Shown piece after piece: positions 28,050-37,358 of a stretch of DNA of 64,000 nt (position 1 is its first letter; each line of letters starts with the position of its first letter). The position numbers and the translations under genes are program-made. The notes below the pieces were generated by a model. The model saw only the letters and a list, made by a program, of their open reading frames with translations, was not told the origin of the DNA and searched no databases. The DNA is from a virus. The stretch lies in the IMG/VR virus record IMGVR_UViG_3300030503_000287. The stretch is one strand, 5' to 3'.

Positions 28050-28599
28050 CTATTCCAGGCTTCCCTTCATATCCTTTTTCCCATACGAACCATGCGAAAC
28101 AAAGAAGGCCGCTTTTAGCCTCAACTAACTCCCGGCCAAAACCTACCCTTTTTGAAAATACATGAACACTCTTCAATGGACTAGATTCCAAGAACGGCTT
28201 GCGCTTCTGTCCTTCAAGAAATGTGATACGAAGTAATAAAGCAACCTTTTTCTCAGCGACTTCCAAAGCTTTCTCAGCGAACGCTTGAGCATCGCAGTAC
28301 GGAGGGTTTGCGATTACATTATCTGTTTCATTTTCATGGTTTGTTAAAAAATCAAACTGCCAGGCATTACCCACTGGGTAATTACGATCTTCTATATCAC
28401 TTGCAAATACTACTCCATCTTTATGACGCTCTATAATAACATTTGTCATCCACCCATCACCACAACAAGGGTCCCAAATATCACCTTCAAATACTTCTTT
28501 ATCGAATAGTGAATGAGTGGCATGTGGTGGCGTTCTATAAAAGTCAGTGGAAGAGCGAACGCCAGCAGTCGTAACTCCCATCATTAATTGGTTTTTCAT
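28039..28599 (-). CDS. DNA N6-adenine methyltransferase
   Basis: IWDPCCGDGWM (motif I) and VIANPPY (motif IV). Confidence 0.75.
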   Translation of the reverse strand: MKNQLMMGVTTAGVRSSTDFYRTPPHATHSLFDKEVFEGDIWDPCCGDGWMTNVIIERHKDGVVFASDIEDRNYPVGNAWQFDFLTNHENETDNVIANPPYCDAQAFAEKALEVAEKKVALLLRITFLEGQKRKPFLESSPLKSVHVFSKRVGFGRELVEAKSGLLCFAWFVWEKGYEGKPGIDWI

Positions 28600-28835
28600 T
28601 ATTCTTCTGTATTTCTATCTTCCGAATTAGTTTCTACGTCGTTCACCAGAGCAGCCTTATCAGACCAATTCCAAGCCCTTGTGAAGCATTTAGAAAACCA
28701 GTAGCTGCCCATTACTGCTTGCATTTTTAACCATAAAAATTCATAACACCAATATTTGCCAGCGCGACAACCTTTAAATTTAGGTACTTTTCGCACCGGG
28801 CAAGAAAAATGAATGTAAAATATTGGTAAATTCAC
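28599..28835 (-). CDS. hypothetical protein
   Basis: 78-aa Trp/Cys-rich ORF. Confidence 0.4.
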   Translation of the reverse strand: MNLPIFYIHFSCPVRKVPKFKGCRAGKYWCYEFLWLKMQAVMGSYWFSKCFTRAWNWSDKAALVNDVETNSEDRNTEE

Positions 28836-29335
28836 CCTAACACTCCTAAATCAAAAGGTTTCTCTATCTCTGTGAGCAATGCATCAACCAGACTTATATC
28901 TAACGTCCAATCTACAGTTGATCGCTGGCGGTACTTACTACTTGCATAAGTAATGTATTGTTGTGCTTGTTTGTAAGTCCATCCGTTAACTTTTGCTATA
29001 TGTCGCAAGCAAACAGGAACCATTGTAGGTCCTTCAATCACATTTGTTCGACCGATATGGTAGCACTTATGGCACAATGGACATACTGCCATTAACCGTA
29101 CTAGTTTCTGAATACCATTACTTTCATAGCTGAATAATTCGTGACACTCTACTGGATGTTCTGGCCCTACACCGCCACAAATCTCACAAACGTAACACGC
29201 CTTTCGATAACAATACCGTCGTAATTTATCCCAAATCTCTTGATCTACATGATTTCTAACATTCTCATAGAAGCTAGTTTTTGGTATAAGATCGATCTTT
29301 AATTTAGGATTCTTAAATATGTTGTTTGATTTCAT
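28832..29335 (-). CDS. zinc-binding HNH-like protein
   Basis: CYVCEICGG ... ECHELFSY ... CPLCHKCYH motifs. Confidence 0.45.
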   Translation of the reverse strand: MKSNNIFKNPKLKIDLIPKTSFYENVRNHVDQEIWDKLRRYCYRKACYVCEICGGVGPEHPVECHELFSYESNGIQKLVRLMAVCPLCHKCYHIGRTNVIEGPTMVPVCLRHIAKVNGWTYKQAQQYITYASSKYRQRSTVDWTLDISLVDALLTEIEKPFDLGVLG

Positions 29336-32244
29336 GATTGCGGGACCTCAAACGGAGGTCTTTCTATATATTCACGTAACCAAACCGCAAAAGCCGACGT
29401 AATTTCAAAAGCGTCTTTTCTACCTCGTGCTATTTGAATTCCTCTATTTAGATATAGCTGTTGAAGCGTTCTCCGTGCAAACATCTCTTGAGTAGGAGCA
29501 AGGAGTGTGAATGTGCGCTCTACAAATTCGTCCATACGTAATAGTTCCGCAGCGAAATCACGACCCCTACCACCCATATCTTCTTCAAATATACGATTGA
29601 TTTCTTGTAGGTTTATAATATCCGTATGTTCCACCTTAGTTCTGGAGTAGGTATCATAACCCATGATTGGTTTGTCGTACCACATACGGAATAATTCCCC
29701 AGCGGCGTGTACATGTTCAGGGCGAACGATTATGCTCTCGCCATCTTCACTGGCGCTAAAACACTGTGCAGCGACTGATACACTTACCTTCGCTACTTTT
29801 GTTCTTTGATCGGATGGTTCAACTAATGGCACTGTGGGAGTATAGGTTTCACACATCCATTTAGATAAGGCTATTACAGCTTGTTCTGCTTCAGGAGTGA
29901 ATGTAATTTGATCTGATTGCCTCGAATATATCCATGCGATTAATTGTTGAGATATATCCCTACCATAAATCGGTACAGTAGGTGGAGTCATATCATTCAA
30001 ATCATCTACCGAAACATCCTGTTGAGCAACTGCCATAGCGAAATCAAAACGGGCTATATCTTCAGGTTGTGTCACCAAGCGAGGAACTACTTCTATTACG
30101 TTATATCCGAGTTGATGTATAAGTTTTCCGACTCCTGGGTTTGCAAGCCAAGTGCATCGTACTCGTGCTCGAAATTGGGCCGACGCAGCCTTAGAGATAC
30201 GTACTGTACCATCGCTTCTCGTGCTAGAAAGCAACTCAAGGAGTCCAACACGACCGAACTTAGCAGCGGTAAATTCGTCAAAGCAAATTGCTCTATTATC
30301 TTGCTGAGGCATAATTCCTGGTATGACATAACGTTCTCCTGACTGAGCAGATTGTTCTACTGCACCTAAAATACCTGCTGGAGTTTGATGTTTACAGTCA
30401 ACAAACATACCAACTCCGAAATGTTCGGCCATCTTTTTATAAGATTGTGATTTTCCCGTGCGAGTATCTCCAACTACTAATATTTCTAACCAGCCATGAT
30501 CTACAATATTCCCAAGAAATGTAAAATGTAAAGCAGAGTGCCAGATAGTGCGATAGGCAAGATGAAGATCGAGGCGTTTTCTGATAAGGGTAGTACTATC
30601 AATCAAATCCTGAGCTACAGATTTTAATTTCATTATTACTGTTTCGTGACTAGTTGGTTTAAATACACACAAATCCTTATAGATGTCTGGAGTCATAATG
30701 AAAGAATCGATACCGACCGACATTGGTCTGGCCACATCTAGCATGGCTACAAGTTGTTGGTTCTGAGGGCGCGGGTAGACAAAACCTTCTACATCATATT
30801 GCATATTCTCTTCAAGTTTCCCGGTACGAGAAGGAATAATATAGACTTCATATCTATGACGATCTGTGGCTGTAATTTCACTGTCTAACGGCGCTGAGAG
30901 AATGGCTGGCTCGATATCGATAGCGTTTAGAATTTGAATTGTTACGTCCGGGCATTGTTTCGGTATTCCCTGAGCTTCTAACAACGCACGATGTTGTATG
31001 TCGTCGTGAACGCCAATTTGTTTTAAAGCATCGCTGGACCGAGGGTCAATATTGAATATGCCGTGACCACGAAAACTATCTCGCATAGGACAAAGAGTGC
31101 AATAACCATGCCCACGTGCAGGGCAATTCGCTTCGTAACTAGCAGCAATGGCATACGTTTTTTCAGAACGAGCATTGAGCCTAGCACGATACCCAACCCT
31201 ATGTCCAATATTGTTACTAGACATAGAATCGCCGTAATTAACAACCACAGGTTCAGTATCATAGGTGTCATTAAGTGTGGGGGCATCTTCTGCACTGTTG
31301 AGAATATTAACGATAGAATCACAGACGCCAGCCGTTTGGAACCCAAGACTGTACAAATAATAAATGTAGTCGGAAACGTCTGCATTACCTGGCCGATCTT
31401 CCCACTGAGGAAGTGTGCAAATATGTAATGATGCTACGTCTCTGTGTAAGCGCCGAGTGGATTCTTCTATAAAATGTTGACCAGCCGCGTCTGCATCGCC
31501 AAGAATATAGATATGTTTATTACGATACCAATTGCCTTCTGGAATTGGTGAACTGGAACCATCGGTTCCTGTAACAGCAGCAAATCCTAATGCCCTAAGT
31601 GATAAAGCATCAGGCTCCCCCTCAACCAGCAACAATGTCTGTTCGTTATATCCATCTATGGGGAAAAGGACGTTTGCGTGTAACCCCGTAACGTACCACA
31701 CCCATTTTGGGCGACCGCCAGGACGATACATTTTACAGTTAATAATTCGTCCCAGCGCATCAAATATTGGGAAAACATAACGGTCGTATTCGGCATCATA
31801 ACCAATTCTGTATCTGGCAATGACTTCTCTGGTCCAAGGTTTTGTTTCTTGTAGCCTTGTTATAAGTTGCGGATGGGCTTCTAGATAATTTTCCTTCTCC
31901 GCAATATAGAGTTCTGTGACAGGATTGACAACGTTGTGTTCAATCATTAGAGCATGTTCTGTCACTCTAAAATTAGGGACTGCCCTGCCACGCTCGTCAA
32001 ATTCCGTAGCTCTCATGATAGCTACAAACTGAACATAGTTTCCTGAGCGATCACAGTTCATACATCGCCAAAGACCGTTTGTTACATTAAATGCGAATGA
32101 AGGATTGTTATCATGTTCGTCTGGAAAAGGGGACCTTGCAGCCCTTTCTCCTCTAGAATTCGGCGCAGCTAGACCAGGTATCCATCTCTCATAAAGTTCT
32201 TCCCATCCTATTCGTTCCAGCGTTGTGCGTAATTGAGGATTCAT
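29332..32244 (-). CDS. primase-helicase fusion (Zn finger + TOPRIM + P-loop ATPase)
   Basis: 970 aa. WRCMNCDRSGNYVQF zinc finger. TOPRIM LLLVEGEPDALSL and ILGDADAAGQ. Walker A VVGDTRTGKSQ and Walker B ICFDEF. Confidence 0.8.
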   Translation of the reverse strand: MNPQLRTTLERIGWEELYERWIPGLAAPNSRGERAARSPFPDEHDNNPSFAFNVTNGLWRCMNCDRSGNYVQFVAIMRATEFDERGRAVPNFRVTEHALMIEHNVVNPVTELYIAEKENYLEAHPQLITRLQETKPWTREVIARYRIGYDAEYDRYVFPIFDALGRIINCKMYRPGGRPKWVWYVTGLHANVLFPIDGYNEQTLLLVEGEPDALSLRALGFAAVTGTDGSSSPIPEGNWYRNKHIYILGDADAAGQHFIEESTRRLHRDVASLHICTLPQWEDRPGNADVSDYIYYLYSLGFQTAGVCDSIVNILNSAEDAPTLNDTYDTEPVVVNYGDSMSSNNIGHRVGYRARLNARSEKTYAIAASYEANCPARGHGYCTLCPMRDSFRGHGIFNIDPRSSDALKQIGVHDDIQHRALLEAQGIPKQCPDVTIQILNAIDIEPAILSAPLDSEITATDRHRYEVYIIPSRTGKLEENMQYDVEGFVYPRPQNQQLVAMLDVARPMSVGIDSFIMTPDIYKDLCVFKPTSHETVIMKLKSVAQDLIDSTTLIRKRLDLHLAYRTIWHSALHFTFLGNIVDHGWLEILVVGDTRTGKSQSYKKMAEHFGVGMFVDCKHQTPAGILGAVEQSAQSGERYVIPGIMPQQDNRAICFDEFTAAKFGRVGLLELLSSTRSDGTVRISKAASAQFRARVRCTWLANPGVGKLIHQLGYNVIEVVPRLVTQPEDIARFDFAMAVAQQDVSVDDLNDMTPPTVPIYGRDISQQLIAWIYSRQSDQITFTPEAEQAVIALSKWMCETYTPTVPLVEPSDQRTKVAKVSVSVAAQCFSASEDGESIIVRPEHVHAAGELFRMWYDKPIMGYDTYSRTKVEHTDIINLQEINRIFEEDMGGRGRDFAAELLRMDEFVERTFTLLAPTQEMFARRTLQQLYLNRGIQIARGRKDAFEITSAFAVWLREYIERPPFEVPQS

Positions 32245-32279
32245 TATGATTGCTTAATAATTCAGAGATGAAAAGAAGT

Positions 32280-32311
32280 ACCCTCAGTGTTACAGAAGTA
32301 ACACTGAGGGT
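32280..32311 (-). terminator. strong hairpin, probable intrinsic terminator
   Basis: Perfect 14-bp stem accctcagtgttac / gtaacactgagggt with a 4-nt loop. U-rich tract follows on the minus strand. Lies between the 32359 gene and the primase gene. Confidence 0.6.
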
Positions 32312-32358
32312 TTGGTTCTCGGCTTTAGTTCCTTTTCAGAACTCACTTACCGAGAGAG

Positions 32359-33117
32359 TTAAGAAAGGCCAGGAGTGTCTTTGCCGGGTTCGTATCCGCC
32401 AGCAACCTTATTGGTTACTTTTTCGTTCCATTCGTCGTGCTTGATCTTGAAACGAACGATTGAACCGTTAAAGTCTTTCGCGGATGTACCAATGAACTTT
32501 GCGCCATCTTCACTCAGAAGTTCACTGGCCCGTGCTATTGACTTGAACTTCCAGATACCGCCTTCTTTGAACGATGCTTGATCGTAAAGTACCGATCCAA
32601 CATAACTAGTAGGGAATGTAACTTTCAGTTTGAAAGAAAGCATCTTGCCATCACCAGCCTTGTTAGGTTTGATTTCAGCATCTTCAATGGACGCCTCATA
32701 ATCGAGATTTACATCAAGAAGTCGGCCACCTTCACTGATACCACTCAAATCAAGAGCAGTTAGGTCAAGATCACCATCAGAACTCGTAAGAGACTGGAGT
32801 GCAGCATCAATCCCTGTAGCGTCAGGAGTTGGCATGGAAGGAGCCTGTACAACACCTTGTGGTGCTACTGGCTGTACTGGAGGCTGGTAAGCCAATGCCG
32901 GAGGTGTAAGTGGCATAGGAGGCGCATACTGTGGAACTGGAGGAGCATACGCAGGAACTCCACCATCGAAGGGAGGTCCTTGTGGTGCTACTGGCTGTAT
33001 CGGAGGAGCAACGGGAGCAACTGGCGCTGCAGCTACCGGCTGCTGCGCATAGGGAAGAGCGGAAGGGGCTGGTGGTGGTGCCGATGAATTGGCTCCAGCT
33101 TGATTAAGTCGAGGCAT
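32359..33117 (-). CDS. proline-rich protein, possible ssDNA-binding protein
   Basis: 252 aa. Pro/Ala/Val-rich N-terminal 100 aa, then a beta-rich domain. Sits between the Sak4-like ATPase and the primase, where phage SSBs often occur. Confidence 0.4.
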   Translation of the reverse strand: MPRLNQAGANSSAPPPAPSALPYAQQPVAAAPVAPVAPPIQPVAPQGPPFDGGVPAYAPPVPQYAPPMPLTPPALAYQPPVQPVAPQGVVQAPSMPTPDATGIDAALQSLTSSDGDLDLTALDLSGISEGGRLLDVNLDYEASIEDAEIKPNKAGDGKMLSFKLKVTFPTSYVGSVLYDQASFKEGGIWKFKSIARASELLSEDGAKFIGTSAKDFNGSIVRFKIKHDEWNEKVTNKVAGGYEPGKDTPGLS

Positions 33118-33120
33118 CTT

Positions 33121-33882
33121 TTATATTCCTTGTGTCTGTGTGGATCGTTTGATCCCAGCCATCATCTTATCGATGATGTTATCGATGTATGGCGGTTCGT
33201 ATTTCTCAAGTGCGACAAACCTGTCTTTTCCATGAGTAACCGCGTCACGGTGGCATATAAGCCATCGTTCTGTTTGCCACTGAAGCGAATTGTCTTCCAA
33301 CTTTACCTGACGCTCTGGCATACAATATCTGGCAATCAAACTGAAATGTCTACCGTATTGTTCTTTGAACGCGCCTTGAAAAGCTGGTTGCCACATAGTT
33401 CGCTTAGTGTCGGTGTCCTCCCTAAACGTCTCATGAGCCGTAAAGAGAACATGTTTTCCTGAGTGTCTGAATTGTGTAGTGATATTGTTCATGCTTGTGA
33501 GGACAATCCCCCACTCCCGTTGGGAAGGAACTTGTATCTTTCCACGTTCACAGATCTCTCGGAGTATCATTCCTTGCAGTTCTGTTACTGTATCTACAAC
33601 GATCATGTCAAACTCTGATTTGTGAATGTTCCACCAAGCGATAGCGGTATTGTATTCTGCTATTGTCTGGACAGTCCAAACCTTACAAAGATCACGTCGC
33701 AAACCATATTTAACAGCCCATGCATTTGCTGAAACTGCTCCATCGTCAATGTCGATAAGTAAAGTTCTGTATTTCTGACTAGAACCTACAAGAACTGTCT
33801 TACCAACTCCGGTGCCACCGTAGATTATTCCTACAACCGAGGTGTCACTTATATTTTCTAGAGAAATTGGCCCATTGGCCAT
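33121..33882 (-). CDS. Sak4-like / AAA_24-type recombination ATPase
   Basis: Walker A GIIYGGTGVGKTV and Walker B MIVVDTVTEL. AAGGAGG RBS. Confidence 0.65.
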   Translation of the reverse strand: MANGPISLENISDTSVVGIIYGGTGVGKTVLVGSSQKYRTLLIDIDDGAVSANAWAVKYGLRRDLCKVWTVQTIAEYNTAIAWWNIHKSEFDMIVVDTVTELQGMILREICERGKIQVPSQREWGIVLTSMNNITTQFRHSGKHVLFTAHETFREDTDTKRTMWQPAFQGAFKEQYGRHFSLIARYCMPERQVKLEDNSLQWQTERWLICHRDAVTHGKDRFVALEKYEPPYIDNIIDKMMAGIKRSTQTQGI

Positions 33883-33938
33883 CCACTACCTCCTTGGGTA
33901 TTGTGGTTTCGAAGGCAGTCTTTGACTGCCAACGCTTT

Positions 33939-33967
33939 AGTATATGCTACAAAAATCTAGTTGTCAA
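33939..33967 (-). promoter_or_regulatory. sigma70-consensus promoter
   Basis: Minus strand reads TTGACA, 17 nt, TATACT. A 7-bp hairpin (33914-33930) lies in the leader before the RBS. Confidence 0.65.
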
Positions 33968-33999
33968 GCATGGATTTTTGTTTGTATTTACACCGTACA

Positions 34000-34212
34000 T
34001 TAACTGTCAACAACGTCTTTTTCTCTAAGCCCTACAGTTAGAGAAATGCCTAATTGGCATACAAAGCAGTAACCCGTAAAGGCGAGAGTCTCCCCAAAAT
34101 CACGACTATCATTTAAATTCAACCATATTGAATTGTCACACCCAGGACATTGTTCAGATATGGTTGGAAGGGTTAGTCTTTTGGGCATTTTTAATTCAGG
34201 CATCAGTTCCAC
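34000..34212 (-). CDS. zinc-ribbon protein
   Basis: 70 aa with CPGC ... CFVC. Confidence 0.45.
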   Translation of the reverse strand: MELMPELKMPKRLTLPTISEQCPGCDNSIWLNLNDSRDFGETLAFTGYCFVCQLGISLTVGLREKDVVDS

Positions 34213-34540
34213 TTTCTGTTGATATTAAAAATACTTGATTTTCGAATGCTCCATTTTTGACACGTTTTGTAGTAGCTGCGGCAGCTATTTCATGAAAACC
34301 AAAAGTTGCTTTCATTAAGGCATGTAAAACAGTATACATATCTACCAACTCTTCAATAGTGTGATGCTCAGCGAATTCATTAGTCTCTTCAATCAATTTT
34401 GTGATAAGACAATCTACAAACTCTCTTCGCTCCAGAGTACGAGTTCTACAGGTATTGCCATTTTGTTTTATAATATCAGGAATATTATCTCGAACAAGTT
34501 TGTTGTGAATTGTTGTTGTTTTAGACATTCTGGGTCTCAT
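34196..34540 (-). CDS. MazG/HisE-like nucleoside triphosphate pyrophosphohydrolase
   Basis: KLVRDNIPDII ... LIEETNEFAE ... EELVDMYTVLHAL. Confidence 0.6.
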   Translation of the reverse strand: MRPRMSKTTTIHNKLVRDNIPDIIKQNGNTCRTRTLERREFVDCLITKLIEETNEFAEHHTIEELVDMYTVLHALMKATFGFHEIAAAATTKRVKNGAFENQVFLISTESGTDA

Positions 34541-36440
34541 ATATTGAATCTAGATGTGCCAACACCACCTTTATATCCCATGGATTGATTGTTGATGGCA
34601 TAGTCTTAGAACATTCATTTGGGTATCTTTTACGGTTCTGGCCCCAACCTGTGAAGTTACCACTTTTACTTTCACGATTCTTCAAAGCAATAGCTTGATG
34701 TTCAGTTGGTGAGGCATGAGGGGGGTTGTTTGCCAATAACCCATCATTTAACCCTAAATCCTTTTCATAACTTCGCGAACCATCGTGACCGAGAACTGAG
34801 ACTCTGGCACATCGGCCAGCAGAGACAGATATGAGAGATTCTAATGAACGCAATTCATATCCCCATTCATCAGTGAGGATTCCGCAGTACATCATAGTCT
34901 CAACTTCTTCGTCACTGATATAAGGTAAGTGCCAGTTATGAGTTTCTATTTTCTTTGGAATCGATTCATCATATGCTTCCATTGCAAGAAAAGAAGGTAG
35001 TTGTATTTCAGGTTGAGCCAATTCATGACATCGCAGCGTAAAATAATTCTGCCAATCTGTGGCAGTCGCAATTATGGTTTGCCATGCAAATGGCTCTATA
35101 AGACGATTTGCAATGGACTTGTGGACGTTCAAATCTTTTGATAGGTAATTTGCAGCAAGCACCATTTGATCTCTGGCGTTTAACCATGCTCTAATTGCTA
35201 AACGTTCATCTTCAACACTTAATGGTTCTCCACCCTGCATACCTTTTTTGTTAGTCGCCCACACAAGAGGGATAAAAGGAGTTTCCATTACCTGTTTAAT
35301 TTTACGTTCAACAGGAATAGCACGACTGGATGCACTGTTCCTACTATTATGAACTACAATACCATTCGCGAAAAAGTTTGGAAATTCTCCGGCAATTTCA
35401 AGATCATATGTGTCTTCAACTCCACGATAATTGATTGAATCAACTGTTATGAAGTCAACATAATATTCAAATCCTGTTTGCCAACCTTGAACTTCGTGCT
35501 CTTTTCTATGGCAACCTTCACAAAGTAGGGTAACATTGTTTTTGTCGGCTACCAAATCAGGTCGTAAATAACGTGGTTGAATATGATGAATGCGCAGTTG
35601 ATCAACAGATCCACATTTCTGACAACAACCCATTTCAGCTATAAGTTGAAGCTTGGCTTTTCTGTTCCACATAATATAACTATGTTGTTCTGCTCTTGTA
35701 AAACGATGAAGTTTTTCTGTTTCTGGTTTTCCCAATCGTCGCACGGCTATTCTGGTAGTGCCTGGAATAATATTCTCGATTGTAACATAACCAGTATCTG
35801 TCCAAATTTTATGATCTTTACTTCCGGCTATTTGGTGTCTTCCGGCCTTTACTTCAAAAATTTCTTTACGACCTGAATAGAAACAATCAACAACAGTTGA
35901 ATATTGTATTTTGTTTGTATGTTCATTGATCTGTCGGATCGTCATGTCTTTGAGTCGATATTGAATTGGTTGGTTATTAACTCGTGGACGCTCGTAAAAC
36001 TTCTTAAAATCAGACCCCAACACCAGCCATTGCCGACCATCCAATTCTTTCACGGCTTTTAACAAACCAGATCTACAAGATCCATTTAGTCCAGAATAAT
36101 TGCTGAACCCAAATATGTTTTTGAGTTCCATTGTAGTATAAACACTATTATCATCCAATAACGACATATCGAGTATTTTATGGTTTTTTGACGGTCTTGG
36201 CTGTGCTCCTTCAGTCCATTTACGATAGAAATTCTCGATTGAGATAGGATACTTGGTGGCACTACTTTCACGTTTTTGCGCTCTTGGGCTACTGAATTCT
36301 AATATAGAATCTCCAGCGAGACAAAGAGATCTGTGTGTGTTAAATTCACATAATACAATACGAGGTATTACGAATTCAAAGGTAGTGATCCGTGCTCCTG
36401 CTGATGATATAGAATCCCTGATTATTTTTGCTGAATACAT
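34521..36440 (-). CDS. thyX: flavin-dependent thymidylate synthase (ThyX-like) interrupted by an intein
   Basis: Exteins join to EFNTHRSL|SRNSASSRAIPVERK (ThyX RHR...S....S.R motif). The C-terminal half is collinear with ThyX. Confidence 0.8.
   Translation of the reverse strand: MYSAKIIRDSISSAGARITTFEFVIPRIVLCEFNTHRSLCLAGDSILEFSSPRAQKRESSATKYPISIENFYRKWTEGAQPRPSKNHKILDMSLLDDNSVYTTMELKNIFGFSNYSGLNGSCRSGLLKAVKELDGRQWLVLGSDFKKFYERPRVNNQPIQYRLKDMTIRQINEHTNKIQYSTVVDCFYSGRKEIFEVKAGRHQIAGSKDHKIWTDTGYVTIENIIPGTTRIAVRRLGKPETEKLHRFTRAEQHSYIMWNRKAKLQLIAEMGCCQKCGSVDQLRIHHIQPRYLRPDLVADKNNVTLLCEGCHRKEHEVQGWQTGFEYYVDFITVDSINYRGVEDTYDLEIAGEFPNFFANGIVVHNSRNSASSRAIPVERKIKQVMETPFIPLVWATNKKGMQGGEPLSVEDERLAIRAWLNARDQMVLAANYLSKDLNVHKSIANRLIEPFAWQTIIATATDWQNYFTLRCHELAQPEIQLPSFLAMEAYDESIPKKIETHNWHLPYISDEEVETMMYCGILTDEWGYELRSLESLISVSAGRCARVSVLGHDGSRSYEKDLGLNDGLLANNPPHASPTEHQAIALKNRESKSGNFTGWGQNRKRYPNECSKTMPSTINPWDIKVVLAHLDSIYETQNV
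35346..36323 (-). mobile_element. intein with HNH homing-endonuclease domain (326 aa)
   Basis: Starts CLAGDSILEF. Internal CCQKCGSVDQLRIHHIQ ... NNVTLLCEGCHRKEH. Ends TYDLEIAGEFPNFFANGIVVHN with +1 Ser. Confidence 0.8.
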
Positions 36441-36462
36441 ATACGTACTTTCTTATAAAATT

Positions 36463-36550
36463 TGGACCGCAACCAAGGATTCGAACCTGGATCAAACCCC
36501 AATCTCCTTCACCATACGCGCGTACAGTGAGACCAACTGTGCTTGAACTA
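36463..36550 (-). ncRNA. tRNA-like 3' fragment (T-arm and acceptor-CCA mimic)
   Basis: Minus strand ends ...CCAGGUUCGAAUCCUUGGUUGCGGUCCA. The T-stem carries a mismatch or bulge. I could find no convincing 5' acceptor partner or anticodon arm. Confidence 0.3.
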
Positions 36551-36693
36551 CGACTACCGGAATCGCACCCCATTAACCATTATGGGTATTACGGTCACAT
36601 TGTGTTTAAAATTTCAGGCCGTCGTTCCCAAATACTCTATCACCCCGAAAGGAGACAGCCGCTAAAGCAGTATCCAAGCTATATCCCGAAATT

Positions 36694-37055
36694 TGGTGGA
36701 GGCGGGGAGAGTCGAACTCCCGTCTTCAGTACCCATATCTCAATATATCCTACAAGCATAGTTCGTATTTATAATGTTAGATTTTCTACGAACAAACCAT
36801 CTAACAAGTTTGAATCTATTTTCCTAGCATCCAAGATTCTGAGTGATGCTTAATCAAAGAAACGTAAGGTTTCAATCCCCACTACTTCCGAAGAAGTAGT
36901 GCAATCAGACTTAGGCGGCTGCAGCGAAAGCGACAGGGCGAACGGTCTTAAAGGTTGTGTTTGCGTTTGTTTTTAGGTCGGATTCGTATACTGGCCAACG
37001 ACCATCCAGTGCTTGCTTATTGAGTATCCTGATCTGAATCGATACCTATCGCCCC
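36694..37055 (-). ncRNA. ssrA: tmRNA (one-piece)
   Basis: 5' GGGGGCG pairs with 3' CGCCUCC-A-CCA, including G3:U70. T-arm GGGAG-UUCGACU-CUCCC. Tag ORF from GCA 36964 encodes ANTTFKTVRPVAFAAAA-TAA. Confidence 0.9.
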
Positions 37056-37064
37056 CGTATCTTT

Positions 37065-37358
37065 TTACCGTTCTATCAACTTCTTTATACTCTCAATATT
37101 TGGACCGGTAAGAGAATAAATATTTTTTGAGCCAGTGCGTTCACAATCGACAAGTTTGGCCTGTTTGAGAATACGCAAGTGACCAGAAACAGCGCCTTGC
37201 GCCATATCGAGTGAAGTAGTTATATCATTAACAGACTTTGAATTTTCTGATAATAGAGCTACGATACGAAGCCTTACCGGATGTGCAAGTGCAGAACATA
37301 TGTCTGCAAGATAATTTATTGTCTGATTGTCCATGTTTATTACCCTATATCTTTTCAA
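37065..37358 (-). CDS. ArsR-family transcriptional regulator
   Basis: LADICSALAHPVRLRIVALL ... AVSGHLRILKQAKLV wHTH signature. Confidence 0.75.
   Translation of the reverse strand: MKRYRVINMDNQTINYLADICSALAHPVRLRIVALLSENSKSVNDITTSLDMAQGAVSGHLRILKQAKLVDCERTGSKNIYSLTGPNIESIKKLIER

Noticed and set aside
29944-31780. Antisense and alternative-frame ORFs inside the primase-helicase gene (29944..30342, 30096..30329, 31023..31385, 31063..31428, 31532..31780).
   Set aside because: The 970-aa frame carries ordered primase, TOPRIM and ATPase motifs. The others have no signals.
32857-33087. Plus-strand 76-aa Trp/Arg-rich ORF.
   Set aside because: It is antisense to the Pro/Ala-rich N-terminus of the 32359..33117 gene and is a compositional artefact.
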